Shown here piece by piece: positions 17,299 to 26,719 of a stretch of DNA of 61,147 nt. Numbering within the stretch: position 1 is the first letter of the stretch; each line of letters begins with the position of its first letter. The position numbers and the translations under genes are program-made. Under the pieces are notes generated by a model. The model did no database searches. It was not told where the DNA came from and worked only from the letters and a program-made list of their open reading frames with translations. Origin of the DNA: Sphingomicrobium sp. (GTDB taxonomy: Bacteria > Pseudomonadota > Alphaproteobacteria > Sphingomonadales > Sphingomonadaceae); NCBI GenBank assembly GCA_035554875.1, contig DATMHP010000032.1:1-61147 (forward strand), written 5' to 3'.

Positions 17299-19050
17299 AT
17301 GCAGGCTGCGGAACAGCGGACGGGAGGCCGAACCCGAGCGCGCGGGCGCGATTCGCCCGGACTTCACGCCGTGGCTGCCGCAGGCGACGATCTCGCGCTC
17401 TTGAGTGCGCTTCCGATTGCCGCTGCGGTCATCGGCCAGGACGATGACGGCAAGCCCATGGTCATCGCCCACAATTCGCGTTTCCTGGATGCCGTCGTTC
17501 GCTCGACCTGCACCGCGACCGACTGGAACGATGCCGACTGCCTGAAGAGCGGGCCCATCGCCGAGCTCTTCGAAAGCTATTTCCGTGATCCTCTGTCGGC
17601 GGGCGAATTGGACTTCAGGGACGGCGACGGCGTTGCCGCCCGCTATCTCAGGATCAAGCTTGCACCTTTGGCGGCGGAGTCTGGTTCGCCGCAGCGCTGT
17701 TTGATGAGCCTGGTCGACAGGACCGTCGAGGTCCAGGCGGAGCGGAGCCTGAGGGCCGAAATGCTCCGCGACAGCCTGACGGGCCTTCCGAACCGGCTGG
17801 CGTTCACCGAACAGATCGAAAGCATCGGCGAAGGGCTGCGTGAAGACTTGCAGCATGCGGTCCTCGTCGTCGATGTTCTGCGCTTCAGCCGTATCAACGA
17901 GAGCATGGGCAGCATCGCCGGCGACGAGCTGCTGATCACGCTTGCGCGCCGGCTGATGTCGGCGCTTCGCGGCGGCGACGTGCTGGCGAGGACCGGAGGA
18001 AACGAATTCGGGATCCTGGTCTCGCTTCGCCGCGGGATCGAGGATGCGCTGACCGCCGCGTCCCGAATCCAGGAAGTGATGTCGGCACCATTCCACATCT
18101 CCGATCTCGACATCCGCGTCGAATGCGCGACCGGCGTCGCGCTGATGCATCGCGGGCAGGAGGCGGAGGAGCTGTTCCGCAACGCCCAGTTCGCGGTGAA
18201 GCAGGCCAAGCAGAGCGGAAAGCCGCAGATCTACAAGCCGGAAGAGGCCAGCGCGGCGCGGCGCCGTTTCTCGATCGAGACGGAGCTTCGCCGGGCGCTG
18301 GACAAGGACCAGCTCGAGCTCTTCTACCAGCCCCTCATCAACCTCAAATCGGGCGAAGTCGCGGGTTTCGAGGCACTGGCTCGGTGGAACCATCCCGACC
18401 GCGGCGAAATCTCGCCATCCGAATTCATTCCAGTCGCCGAGGAGTCCGGTCTCATCCTGCAGCTCGGCCGCTGGGCAATGGACAAGGCGACGCACACGCT
18501 CGCTGAATGGGACAAGATGGCCGGAAAGGCGCTTCCCTGTTACGTGGCGGTCAACCTCTCCGCGATCCAGCTGGCGCGCGACGACATCCCGTCCCTGGTC
18601 GCGGAGGCTCTCCAATCGAGCGGCCTGTCCGGCAAGCGCCTGACGCTGGAGCTGACGGAGAGCTCGATTGTGCAGGACCCGGCGCGGGCGACGCGCGTCT
18701 TCGACGCCCTGAAAGCGCTCGACGCCACCGTGGCGATGGACGATTTCGGCACCGGCTATTCAAGCCTTGCTTATCTGCAGCGGCTGCCGATTGACGTGCT
18801 TAAAATCGACAAGAGCTTCATTTCCGGGATGATGGTCGATCCCGATGCGGTCGCGATCGTCCGAGCGGTGCTCAGCCTCGCCGACGCTCTCGGGATGACG
18901 ACGACCGCCGAAGGTGTCGAGACGGTCGAGCTTGCAACGACGCTGGCGACTCTCGGCTGCGCCCACGGTCAGGGTTTCTATTTCGCCAAGCCGCTCGAAG
19001 CGCAGGCGGCTCTAGACTGCTGGAAATCCCGCCGCCGCAAGTCCGCCTGA
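17299..19050 (+). CDS. PAS-like/GGDEF/EAL protein, probable c-di-GMP phosphodiesterase
   Basis: DSLTGLPNR, degenerate GGNEF, intact FEALARW, ELTES and DDFGTGYSSL. Confidence 0.9.
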   Translation: MQAAEQRTGGRTRARGRDSPGLHAVAAAGDDLALLSALPIAAAVIGQDDDGKPMVIAHNSRFLDAVVRSTCTATDWNDADCLKSGPIAELFESYFRDPLSAGELDFRDGDGVAARYLRIKLAPLAAESGSPQRCLMSLVDRTVEVQAERSLRAEMLRDSLTGLPNRLAFTEQIESIGEGLREDLQHAVLVVDVLRFSRINESMGSIAGDELLITLARRLMSALRGGDVLARTGGNEFGILVSLRRGIEDALTAASRIQEVMSAPFHISDLDIRVECATGVALMHRGQEAEELFRNAQFAVKQAKQSGKPQIYKPEEASAARRRFSIETELRRALDKDQLELFYQPLINLKSGEVAGFEALARWNHPDRGEISPSEFIPVAEESGLILQLGRWAMDKATHTLAEWDKMAGKALPCYVAVNLSAIQLARDDIPSLVAEALQSSGLSGKRLTLELTESSIVQDPARATRVFDALKALDATVAMDDFGTGYSSLAYLQRLPIDVLKIDKSFISGMMVDPDAVAIVRAVLSLADALGMTTTAEGVETVELATTLATLGCAHGQGFYFAKPLEAQAALDCWKSRRRKSA

Positions 19051-19099
19051 GCCCCTTCGGCCCGCCCGCCAAAGTTGCATCGCAGAGCCAAATGCTTTC

Positions 19100-20887
19100 A
19101 TGGACTTGGCCATGCCCATAGTCACCAATGTCGAACATCCGCGGCGCCTTGCGGATTATAGCGCCGATTATCGAATGCTCCTGCTCGCCGCGATGGCGAT
19201 CGTTGCCGGCACCGGCGGAGCTTTCAGCGCCTGGGCGCTGCTCAAGCTCATCTATTTCGCGACCAACATCTTCTGGTACGGCAATTTCTCGTTCGATTCC
19301 TCGGTGATCGCCGGACGCGGGCCACTGCTTCTGGTCCTCGTTCCGGTTGTGGGCGGCCTGATTATCGGCCTGATGGCGAGGTTCGGGTCCGACAAGATCC
19401 GCGGCCACGGCATTCCAGAAGCGATCGAGACGATTTTGTTCGGCGAAAGCAAGCTATCGATGAAGGTGGCGCTGCTGAAGCCCTTATCGTCGGCAGTGTC
19501 GATCGGAAGCGGCGGCCCGTTCGGCGCCGAGGGGCCGATCATCATGACCGGCGGCGCGATCGGGTCGCTGTTCGCGCAATTCTTCAAGCTGAGCGCCGCC
19601 GAGCGGAAGACCCTGCTTGTCGCCGGCGCCTGCGCCGGAATGACCGGCATATTCGGAACGCCCTTTGCGGCGATCATGCTCGCGGTCGAGCTGCTGCTGT
19701 TCGAATGGAAGCCGCGGAGCTTCGTGCCCGTCGTGGTCGCGGTGCTCATCTCGCTCGCCTGGCGTCCCCTCCTGGTTGGAGCGGGACCGCTGTTTCCGTT
19801 CGCGGCACCAACTCCGGCAGGCATGGAGCCGGTCGCAATCGCCGCCGCCATTGGCCTGGCCACCGGTCTTGAGGCGGCGATCCTGTCGTTCCTGCTCTAC
19901 CGGATCGAGGACGGCTTCCACGCTTTGCCGATCCACTGGATGTGGTGGCCCGCGATCGGCGCGGTCGTCGTCGGAATAGGCGCCCTATTCGACGCGCGGG
20001 TGCTCGGCGCCGGCTACGGAAGCATCCAGGCGCTGCTCGACGGCGATCTCGTCATCAAGGCCGTGCTCCTGCTGCTCGTCGCCAAGGCGGTCGTTTGGCT
20101 CGTAGCGCTCGGCTCCGGCACTTCGGGCGGAATCGTGGCGCCGTTGCTGATCCTCGGCGGCTGCGCGGGGTTCCTGATCGGCCAGTATCTTCCCGGCGAT
20201 CCGGGCTTCTGGGCGATGGTCGGAATGGCCGGAGTGATGAGCGGTGTCATGCGGGCGCCGATGACCGGGGCATTGTTCGCCGCCGAGCTGACCAATCACC
20301 TGTCCGCGCTTCCGGAGACGATTTCCGCGGCCGCCGCGGCCTATGCAGTGAGCGTGCTCATCATGAAACGGTCGATCTTGACGGAGAAGATCGCCCGCCG
20401 CGGTCGGCACATCCTTCGCGAATATACGGTCGACGCGCTCGAATTCCTTCTCGCGGGCCAGTTGATGACCCCCGAGCCGAAGACGCTTCCGGCTAGCATG
20501 CCGATTGCCGACGTACTGCGCTTCTTCGCCGAGGAGGCCGATCACCGATCCTATCCCGTCGTGGATGGGGAGGGTCGGCTGCTCGGGCTGGTTTCGCGTA
20601 CCGATGCCTTGCGCTGGCAGGTTTCAAAGAAGGGGGAGGGACAGCTTGGCGATCGTCTCTCAGACGCCTCGACCCAGTATGCCTACGCGGACACCCCGTG
20701 CGGCCAGGTGGCGGACATGATGGTGGAATCCGGCGTGGGGCGCGTTCCGATCGTCAATCCGGAGACCCGCCGGGTCGTCGGAATCATCTCGCGCCAGGAC
20801 CTGCTCAAGGTGCGGATGACCCAGGAGCGCGGGGAAAAGGTGCGCTCCCGGAGCAAATCGCTGCCGATCATTGATAATCTGCGGTGA
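19100..20887 (+). CDS. CLC chloride channel/transporter with tandem CBS domains
   Basis: GHGIPE, GAEGP and GGIVAP CLC motifs; C-terminal CBS pair (YPVVDGEGRLLGLVS, VVGIISRQDLL). Confidence 0.92.
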   Translation: MDLAMPIVTNVEHPRRLADYSADYRMLLLAAMAIVAGTGGAFSAWALLKLIYFATNIFWYGNFSFDSSVIAGRGPLLLVLVPVVGGLIIGLMARFGSDKIRGHGIPEAIETILFGESKLSMKVALLKPLSSAVSIGSGGPFGAEGPIIMTGGAIGSLFAQFFKLSAAERKTLLVAGACAGMTGIFGTPFAAIMLAVELLLFEWKPRSFVPVVVAVLISLAWRPLLVGAGPLFPFAAPTPAGMEPVAIAAAIGLATGLEAAILSFLLYRIEDGFHALPIHWMWWPAIGAVVVGIGALFDARVLGAGYGSIQALLDGDLVIKAVLLLLVAKAVVWLVALGSGTSGGIVAPLLILGGCAGFLIGQYLPGDPGFWAMVGMAGVMSGVMRAPMTGALFAAELTNHLSALPETISAAAAAYAVSVLIMKRSILTEKIARRGRHILREYTVDALEFLLAGQLMTPEPKTLPASMPIADVLRFFAEEADHRSYPVVDGEGRLLGLVSRTDALRWQVSKKGEGQLGDRLSDASTQYAYADTPCGQVADMMVESGVGRVPIVNPETRRVVGIISRQDLLKVRMTQERGEKVRSRSKSLPIIDNLR

Positions 20888-21377
20888 CGTTGAACGTGCC
20901 GGTATAAATGCCGTCGGCCGTTGTCGAATCGATCGTGATCGATCCGCCGATCGGAAGATCGGTGCCCGGATTGCCGGAATTGGTGAGCTGGACCGTCGGC
21001 TGTGCATCCGGGACCAGCGTCAGCGTCTTTGCCGGGTCCGACTGGTTGGTTAGAGTGACGTTCGGAACGCTAATCACGACCGTCTGTCCGTTCGAGCCGA
21101 CGATGTTGTAGATTGCGACCTGCGTGGCTCCCGAGCAGGTCACGGCCGTAGGGCAGGTTAGGGCGCCGCTTCGCGACAGTTTCACGATCGCTCCCGACCA
21201 TATGCCCGGGCCGAGAAGGATCGTCCCGAGGTCGAGATCCTGTACGGATTCGATCGCCACCGGCTTGACGACCTTCGCCTTTGCCTCAGCGTTGATGGTC
21301 GCGGCGTCTGCGGGCGCGCCGAAGCACGCCGCGGCAGCGGCTGCGAGCGCAGCAATGGTCCCAAGGCGCAGCCCCAC
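20868..21377 (-). CDS. Secreted DUF4402-like beta-sandwich protein
   Basis: Signal peptide, QDLDLGTI, C-terminal IGGSI...DGIYTGTFNVTADYQ. Confidence 0.75.
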   Translation of the reverse strand: MGLRLGTIAALAAAAAACFGAPADAATINAEAKAKVVKPVAIESVQDLDLGTILLGPGIWSGAIVKLSRSGALTCPTAVTCSGATQVAIYNIVGSNGQTVVISVPNVTLTNQSDPAKTLTLVPDAQPTVQLTNSGNPGTDLPIGGSITIDSTTADGIYTGTFNVTADYQ

Positions 21378-21425
21378 TTCTTCGCCTCCGCTCCCGCAGA
21401 TTTGCGGGAGTTGGTCATCGACCGG

Positions 21426-21468
21426 TTAACCGGGGGAATTAACGGCAGCCGATTGAGACGGGGTTAAC
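21426..21468. promoter_or_regulatory. Candidate CtrA-like sites upstream of the DUF4402 gene
   Basis: Three TTAAC motifs (21426, 21439, 21464), including TTGA-N7-TTAAC at 21453-21468, in GC-rich DNA. Confidence 0.35.
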
Positions 21469-22651
21469 GCGCCCTGGAGAGCTCTTGGGAGACGATGTCG
21501 TCCAACTCCGCTCCGCTCGGGAAGCCCGCTGCGATCCAGCGGCTCTCGATCGCGCGCAAGGTTCGGGAGACCACCGGTCCTTCCGCGAGTCCCCGCTTGA
21601 TGAGCCCGCCGCCGCCGATCGGGAGCCGGGGCGGAGTCCAGGCCGCGATCTCCGCCGCGTCCGAAGCCCGGCCCGCGAGCAGCAATCGGTCGACGGCGCA
21701 TTCGACGCCGTTCCGATAGGCGGCGGCCCGAGGATCGGAAATCTCCGGCTCAACGGCGCAGCCGATGCGTTTCCTAGCGCGGTTCGAAAGCTTAAGGCGG
21801 GTGGCGACTGCACCGGCGACCTGCGGGTCGCGGGGAAGGAGCGAAGAGAGCCGACGAAGCGGGTCTGCCGCCATGTCCGACTGCTTTTCACTCTCAACGA
21901 GCGCTTGAAGGTGCTGCCAGGACAATTTTTCGATCTCGGGGATCACCGGCTTCAGGATGTCGCGATCCAGCATGATTTTGACCGTGCCGACCGGATCTGC
22001 GACCGAGAGCAGTTTCAATAGCTCGTCCGCGATCCGCTCCCGCGATAGGGCCATCAGGTCATTTGCCCGGGTGGTACAGGCTTCGAGTGCGGCGGCGTCA
22101 GGCGCGCCACGCCCGAATCGCGCGTGGAAGCGGAAGAAGCGGAGGATTCGCAGATGGTCCTCGGCGATTCGCTCAAACGGATCGCCGATGAAGCGGACGT
22201 GCCGCTGCTCAAGGTCCGCGAGCCCTCCGAAATAATCGAAGATCTCGCCCGTCACCGGGTCCGCCATCAGCGCGTTGATGGTGAAATCGCGCCTCGCTGC
22301 ATCTTCCTTCCAGTCGTCGGTAAAGGCTACCGTGGCATGGCGGCCGAAAGTCTCGACATCGCGTCTCAGCGTCGTGATTTCATAGGGGTGGCCGTCGCTG
22401 ACCGCAGTCACGGTGCCGTGCTCGAATCCGGTCGGAACGGCCTTCAATCCTGCAGCCTGGAGCCGCTCGACGACCTCGTCAGGGCGGAGCCGGGTGGCGA
22501 AGTCGACGTCGTTCACCGGCAGGCCGAGAAGGTCGTCGCGGACCGCGCCCCCGACATAGCGGGTTTCGCGCTCGTTCGCGCCCACCGCCTCCAGCAGTTT
22601 CTCCATCCCCTGGCGACGACGCCATTTCTTCGGGTCGAGCTTCAGCTCCAT
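21464..22651 (-). CDS. cca: CCA tRNA nucleotidyltransferase / poly(A) polymerase family
   Basis: VGGAVRDDLLG..DVDFAT, EITTLRRD, DAARRDFTINAL, EDHLRILRFFRF. Confidence 0.9.
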   Translation of the reverse strand: MELKLDPKKWRRRQGMEKLLEAVGANERETRYVGGAVRDDLLGLPVNDVDFATRLRPDEVVERLQAAGLKAVPTGFEHGTVTAVSDGHPYEITTLRRDVETFGRHATVAFTDDWKEDAARRDFTINALMADPVTGEIFDYFGGLADLEQRHVRFIGDPFERIAEDHLRILRFFRFHARFGRGAPDAAALEACTTRANDLMALSRERIADELLKLLSVADPVGTVKIMLDRDILKPVIPEIEKLSWQHLQALVESEKQSDMAADPLRRLSSLLPRDPQVAGAVATRLKLSNRARKRIGCAVEPEISDPRAAAYRNGVECAVDRLLLAGRASDAAEIAAWTPPRLPIGGGGLIKRGLAEGPVVSRTLRAIESRWIAAGFPSGAELDDIVSQELSRAR

Positions 22652-23223
22652 TGCAGCCGCCGCGACAGGTTAACGAGCATGGCCGCGGTTGCCCCCCAGA
22701 TTCGCCTGCCGTTCCATTCGATCTGCCAGTAGCGGCGCTCGCGGCCGCCGAAAACTGCTGTCTGGAGCTGCTGGTTTGCCGGATCGAGGAGAAACGCCAG
22801 CGGCGCCACGAACCAGTCGGCGACCTCCGCCTCGTGCGATGCGAGTTCGAGATCGGCCGGAATGACGGAGATTACTGGAGTGACGATGAAGCCGGTGACG
22901 GTGCGGTAATCTTCAAGCCGCCCGACCGGCTCGGCGAGCGATGGATCGAGCCCAAGCTCCTCCTGCGCCTCGCGAAGGGCGGCCGCGACCGCATCTTCGC
23001 CGGGATCGATGCGGCCGCCCGGAAAAGCGATCTGGCCGGCGTGGGTCCGCATGTTCTCATGCCGAACGGTGAGCAGCACGCCAGGCTCAGTCCGATCCGT
23101 TATTCCGATCAGCACGGCAGCGCCAATTGTGGCGCCGGCGCGAAGCTCAGGAAGGTCGCCGGCAACAGGCGGCTCGACGGGCGGAGCGGCCAGGCTTGCT
23201 CGAAGCCGGTCTGCGAGGGTCAT
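22642..23223 (-). CDS. Nudix CoA pyrophosphatase
   Basis: LLTVR...HAGQIAFPGGRIDPGE..AAALREAQEELG, IWGATA; start at ATG 23223. Confidence 0.92.
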   Translation of the reverse strand: MTLADRLRASLAAPPVEPPVAGDLPELRAGATIGAAVLIGITDRTEPGVLLTVRHENMRTHAGQIAFPGGRIDPGEDAVAAALREAQEELGLDPSLAEPVGRLEDYRTVTGFIVTPVISVIPADLELASHEAEVADWFVAPLAFLLDPANQQLQTAVFGGRERRYWQIEWNGRRIWGATAAMLVNLSRRLQWS

Positions 23224-23774
23224 TGTGCGGCCGTCAGGGAAAAGAAGCATTCATCGCTCCAGATGCCGGGCGGGTCGGCGCCTTCGTCGAGCGCGATCTG
23301 CGCAAGCTCGTAATAAATGGGGCGCGACAGCTCGGCTTCGAGGCCGTGGCGCACCGCCACGCGCGGAGTCTCGGCCATGATCAGCGGATGGTCGCGGCCG
23401 ATGAGGACGGCGTCGCCGCTGTTGAGGGCGACCCAAATATTGCGGTCGCGGCCTGTGCCTTCGCTGCGCATCTCGATCGCGCGGAACGCCGTGCTCTCCA
23501 CATCGATCGTGAGTCTTTCGACAGGCGTAACAAGAACATGGCTGCCGTCGGGCTCGCGTCGCAGGATCGTCGAGAACAGCCGTACCATCGCCGGCCGGCG
23601 GATCGGACTGCCGCTGTGAAACCAGGTGCCGTCGCGGGCGATCCGCATTCCCGAGTCGCCGCATAGGGACGGGTTCCACTTGTCGACGGGTGGATGGCGC
23701 CGCTCGTCGATCAGCGCCTGGAGCTGGGCCAGGGAAACTCCCTTGAGATCGATCGGCGGACGGCTTTCCGGCAT
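23220..23774 (-). CDS. DUF1285 domain protein
   Basis: PPVDKWNP..CGD..MRIARDGTWFH.GSPI.R..MVRLFSTILRRE...LVTPVE. Confidence 0.88.
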   Translation of the reverse strand: MPESRPPIDLKGVSLAQLQALIDERRHPPVDKWNPSLCGDSGMRIARDGTWFHSGSPIRRPAMVRLFSTILRREPDGSHVLVTPVERLTIDVESTAFRAIEMRSEGTGRDRNIWVALNSGDAVLIGRDHPLIMAETPRVAVRHGLEAELSRPIYYELAQIALDEGADPPGIWSDECFFSLTAAQ

Positions 23775-23778
23775 GGCG

Positions 23779-23808
23779 CTGGATTGCTTCGCTTCGCGCG
23801 CAATGACA
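23779..23808. repeat. Half of a CGTC-type REP-like alphaproteobacterial repeat
   Basis: Reverse complement TGTCATTGCGCGCGAAGCGAAGCAATCCAG matches, from memory, the common GTCATTGCGAGCGAAGCGAAGCAATCC repeat arm. Single copy in the window. Confidence 0.5.
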
Positions 23809-23818
23809 ACTAGCGCTC

Positions 23819-24547
23819 ATGGAGAAGCCCGGAACGGCCATCGTCACAGGCGCCGGCAAGCGGATCGGCGCGGATGTCGCGGCGGCGCTTGTCGAGCGCG
23901 GCTGGACCGTGCTTGCCCATGTGCGGCGCGAGGGCGACGAGGTTCCGGCAGGCGCGAAGGCAGCAGCCGCGGAGCTCGGCGATCCCGACTGTGCCGAGAG
24001 GATTTTTGTGGCGGCTGAGGGGCTGCCGCCCGTTCGACTGCTCGTCAACAACGCCGCACGCTTTGCCTGGGACGGATTCGGCGAATTCGACGTCGAGGAA
24101 TTCGACGCCCACATGAAGGCGAACGTGCAGGCGCCAGTGCTCCTCATGCAGGAAATGGCAGCCCGGCATACGGGCGGTGACGCGCTGGTCGTCAACATGC
24201 TCGATTCGAAGGTCGTTGCGCCGAATCCCGATTTCCTAAGCTACACGCTCTCCAAGCACGCACTTCTGGCCGCCAGTGAGCTTGCCGCCCGCGCGCTCGC
24301 GCCAAAGGGGATTCGGGTCAACGCCGTCGCTCCGGCGCTGATGCTCAAGTCGCCGGGCCAGAGTGACGAGAATTTCCGGGCCATGCACGAGAACAATCCG
24401 CTCGGCAGGGGCGTGACCTCCGCAGACATTATCGCTGCGATCGATTATCTGATCGCCAGTCCGGCGGTGACCGGCGAGCTTCTCACAATCGATGGCGGCC
24501 AGCGGCTCGACCCGCCGAACCGCGACGTTCAATTCCTGGAGCCATGA
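23819..24547 (+). CDS. SDR oxidoreductase (FolM/pteridine reductase-like)
   Basis: TGAGKRIG, LVNNA, YTLSK catalytic motif; coupled to folB. Confidence 0.88.
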   Translation: MEKPGTAIVTGAGKRIGADVAAALVERGWTVLAHVRREGDEVPAGAKAAAAELGDPDCAERIFVAAEGLPPVRLLVNNAARFAWDGFGEFDVEEFDAHMKANVQAPVLLMQEMAARHTGGDALVVNMLDSKVVAPNPDFLSYTLSKHALLAASELAARALAPKGIRVNAVAPALMLKSPGQSDENFRAMHENNPLGRGVTSADIIAAIDYLIASPAVTGELLTIDGGQRLDPPNRDVQFLEP

Positions 24548-24966
24548 TGGACCAACCCAAACTCGACGGGCTCCTGCCCGATTCACTGCGGCCGAAAAGC
24601 GCCAAGATCCTGCTCGATTCGCTCGAGGTCATGGCCGATATCGGCTTCCACGAATTCGAGATCGGAGTACCTCAGCGGCTTCTCGTCACAGTCGAGGTCT
24701 GGCTCGGCGACCATCAGGCCCCCGCCGAGGACGATCCGGGTGGGGCATGGGATTACGACCATGTCCGTCACCAGGTGTTGGAGATTGCAGGGGCGCGCCG
24801 CTACAACCTCCAGGAGACGCTTGCCGAGGCCGTTTACCTGCGCCTGGCAGCCATGTGCGGGGTCAAGGCGCTCCGGGTTACCACCTCCAAGCCGGACATC
24901 TACCGCGACGCGAAAGGGGTGGGCGTGGAAATCGCTTCGTTCAAGGGCGCGGCCCCCTCCGTTTGA
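24544..24966 (+). CDS. folB: Dihydroneopterin aldolase
   Basis: IGFHEFE...QRLLV...WDYD...YNLQETL...SKPDIY. Confidence 0.85.
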   Translation: MMDQPKLDGLLPDSLRPKSAKILLDSLEVMADIGFHEFEIGVPQRLLVTVEVWLGDHQAPAEDDPGGAWDYDHVRHQVLEIAGARRYNLQETLAEAVYLRLAAMCGVKALRVTTSKPDIYRDAKGVGVEIASFKGAAPSV

Positions 24967-25149
24967 AGAGACGTTCGGCTGCTGGAACAAAAGCCCTTGC
25001 ACCGCACTTGAACCGCTAATAAGGAGGCCCGCTTGCTGCCCATGTGACTTTAACACATGGTTAGCTTCCAAATCCTGGCGACGGGGCTGCAATGGGGAGG
25101 CCCGGTCCGACCGTGGAGTTCACGGCGTCTCGAGGAGAATTGTGGGTTA

Positions 25150-25797
25150 ATGTCTTACGCCCAGAAGAAAGAGCTTAGCGGCAATCGGACTTTGGCGATC
25201 ATCATCGTCGCCATCCTCCAGTTCACGCTCGGTTATGCGATTGTCACTGGCCTCGCGTACAACGTGATCAAGCACGCCGCCGAAAACCTGAAAACCTTCG
25301 ACGTGGAGGAGCAGCCGCCGCCACCTGAGCAGCCGCCGCCACCGGAAAAGCAGGAAACGCCGCCGCCGGTTGTCGCTCCGCCCCCAATCGTCCGCACCGC
25401 GCCGATCGAAGCGCCCGTCATCCAGACCGTGCGCGAAGCCCCGCCGGTGATCATCACGCCGCAGGCTCCGCCGGCCCCGCCGCCGCCGCCTCCGGCAAAG
25501 ATTACGAAGGCGCAGAGCGTGAAGGGCAATCTCCAGGGCCTCATCACCAGCGATGATTACCCTGAATCTGCGATCCGAAATAACGAGACGGGACGCGTGA
25601 CAGTCAGGCTCTCGATCGGCACGAACGGCCGCGTGACCGGCTGTGACGTCGTCGGCTCGAGCGGATCGCGGACGCTGGACAGTACCACCTGTCGAATTCT
25701 TTCGTCGCGAGCGCGGTTCAGCCCCGCCAAGTTGAGCAACGGTAGTCCAACGACCGACACCTACACCCAATCAATCGTCTGGCAGCTTCAGGGCTGA
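25150..25797 (+). CDS. tonB: Energy transducer TonB
   Basis: N-terminal TM helix, Pro-rich spacer, DDYPESA...GRV TonB C-domain; start at ATG 25150. Confidence 0.88.
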   Translation: MSYAQKKELSGNRTLAIIIVAILQFTLGYAIVTGLAYNVIKHAAENLKTFDVEEQPPPPEQPPPPEKQETPPPVVAPPPIVRTAPIEAPVIQTVREAPPVIITPQAPPAPPPPPPAKITKAQSVKGNLQGLITSDDYPESAIRNNETGRVTVRLSIGTNGRVTGCDVVGSSGSRTLDSTTCRILSSRARFSPAKLSNGSPTTDTYTQSIVWQLQG

Positions 25798-25834
25798 CAC
25801 GGCAACGGACTTTAGCAGAGGAAAGTAACGAACA

Positions 25835-26644
25835 ATGGCAACTCCCGCAGCAGCCACCACTGGCGCTAATCCTTATGGCCTGTTGCCCGCTCTCCAGCAG
25901 GGCGGCATCATCGCTTGGTCGGTGTTCATCATCCTGGTGGGCATGTCGATCTTCTCTTTCTACATCCTGTTCACCAAGCTGATGCAGCAGCAGAAGATCA
26001 TCAGCCAGGGCCGCAAGGTCCGGGCGGGCTTCTGGAACGCTCCCAACCTTCGCGAGGCATCGACCAAGCTCGACCCGAAGAGCGCCTATCGCGCGATCGT
26101 GGACGACACGATTCTCGCCCAGGAGCAGCACGGCAAGCTCACCGATCCCATCGACCAGCATGACTGGATGGCGAACAGCCTGGCGCGCAGCCAGGGTGCG
26201 ATCGGCGCCCGTCTCGGCGAAGGCCTCGCCTTCCTCGCGACCGTGGGCTCGACCGCTCCGTTCATCGGTCTGTTCGGTACCGTCATCGGCATCTACCGCG
26301 CGCTCATTAAGATCGGCGCGGCAGGCCAGGCCTCGATCGACGCCGTTGCCGGCCCGGTCGGTGAGGCGCTGATCATGACCGCTCTCGGTCTGGTCGTGGC
26401 CGTTCCGGCGGTGCTCGCCTACAACTGGCTCGTTCGCCGCAACAAGTCGATCATGGAGGACCTTGCGGCGTTCACGAACGACCTCCACGGCTACGTCATG
26501 TCGGGCGGTTCGGTTAAGCCGCGCTTCGGCGCCGAGAAGTCCTCGGGCTCGCGCCCGTCGACCACGACGGCAGGCAATCCGGGCGGCCGTCAGCCGGTCC
26601 GCACCGGTGCGACGCAGACCGGAGCAGAAACTCCGACGGCGTAA
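25835..26644 (+). CDS. exbB: ExbB/TolQ/MotA proton channel
   Basis: LATVGSTAPFIGLFGTV, PVGEALIMTALGLVVAVPA. Confidence 0.92.
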   Translation: MATPAAATTGANPYGLLPALQQGGIIAWSVFIILVGMSIFSFYILFTKLMQQQKIISQGRKVRAGFWNAPNLREASTKLDPKSAYRAIVDDTILAQEQHGKLTDPIDQHDWMANSLARSQGAIGARLGEGLAFLATVGSTAPFIGLFGTVIGIYRALIKIGAAGQASIDAVAGPVGEALIMTALGLVVAVPAVLAYNWLVRRNKSIMEDLAAFTNDLHGYVMSGGSVKPRFGAEKSSGSRPSTTTAGNPGGRQPVRTGATQTGAETPTA

Positions 26645-26655
26645 CGCAGTCGAGC

Positions 26656-26684
26656 GGCCGGACCGGGTTTCGCCCGGTCCGGCC
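26656..26684. other. Intercistronic 12-bp GC hairpin between exbB and exbD
   Basis: GGCCGGACCGGG-TTTCG-CCCGGTCCGGCC with no U tract; possibly an mRNA stability or stoichiometry element. Confidence 0.5.
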
Positions 26685-26719
26685 TTCGAAAGCTCGACAA
26701 AGATGAAGGCACACGATCA

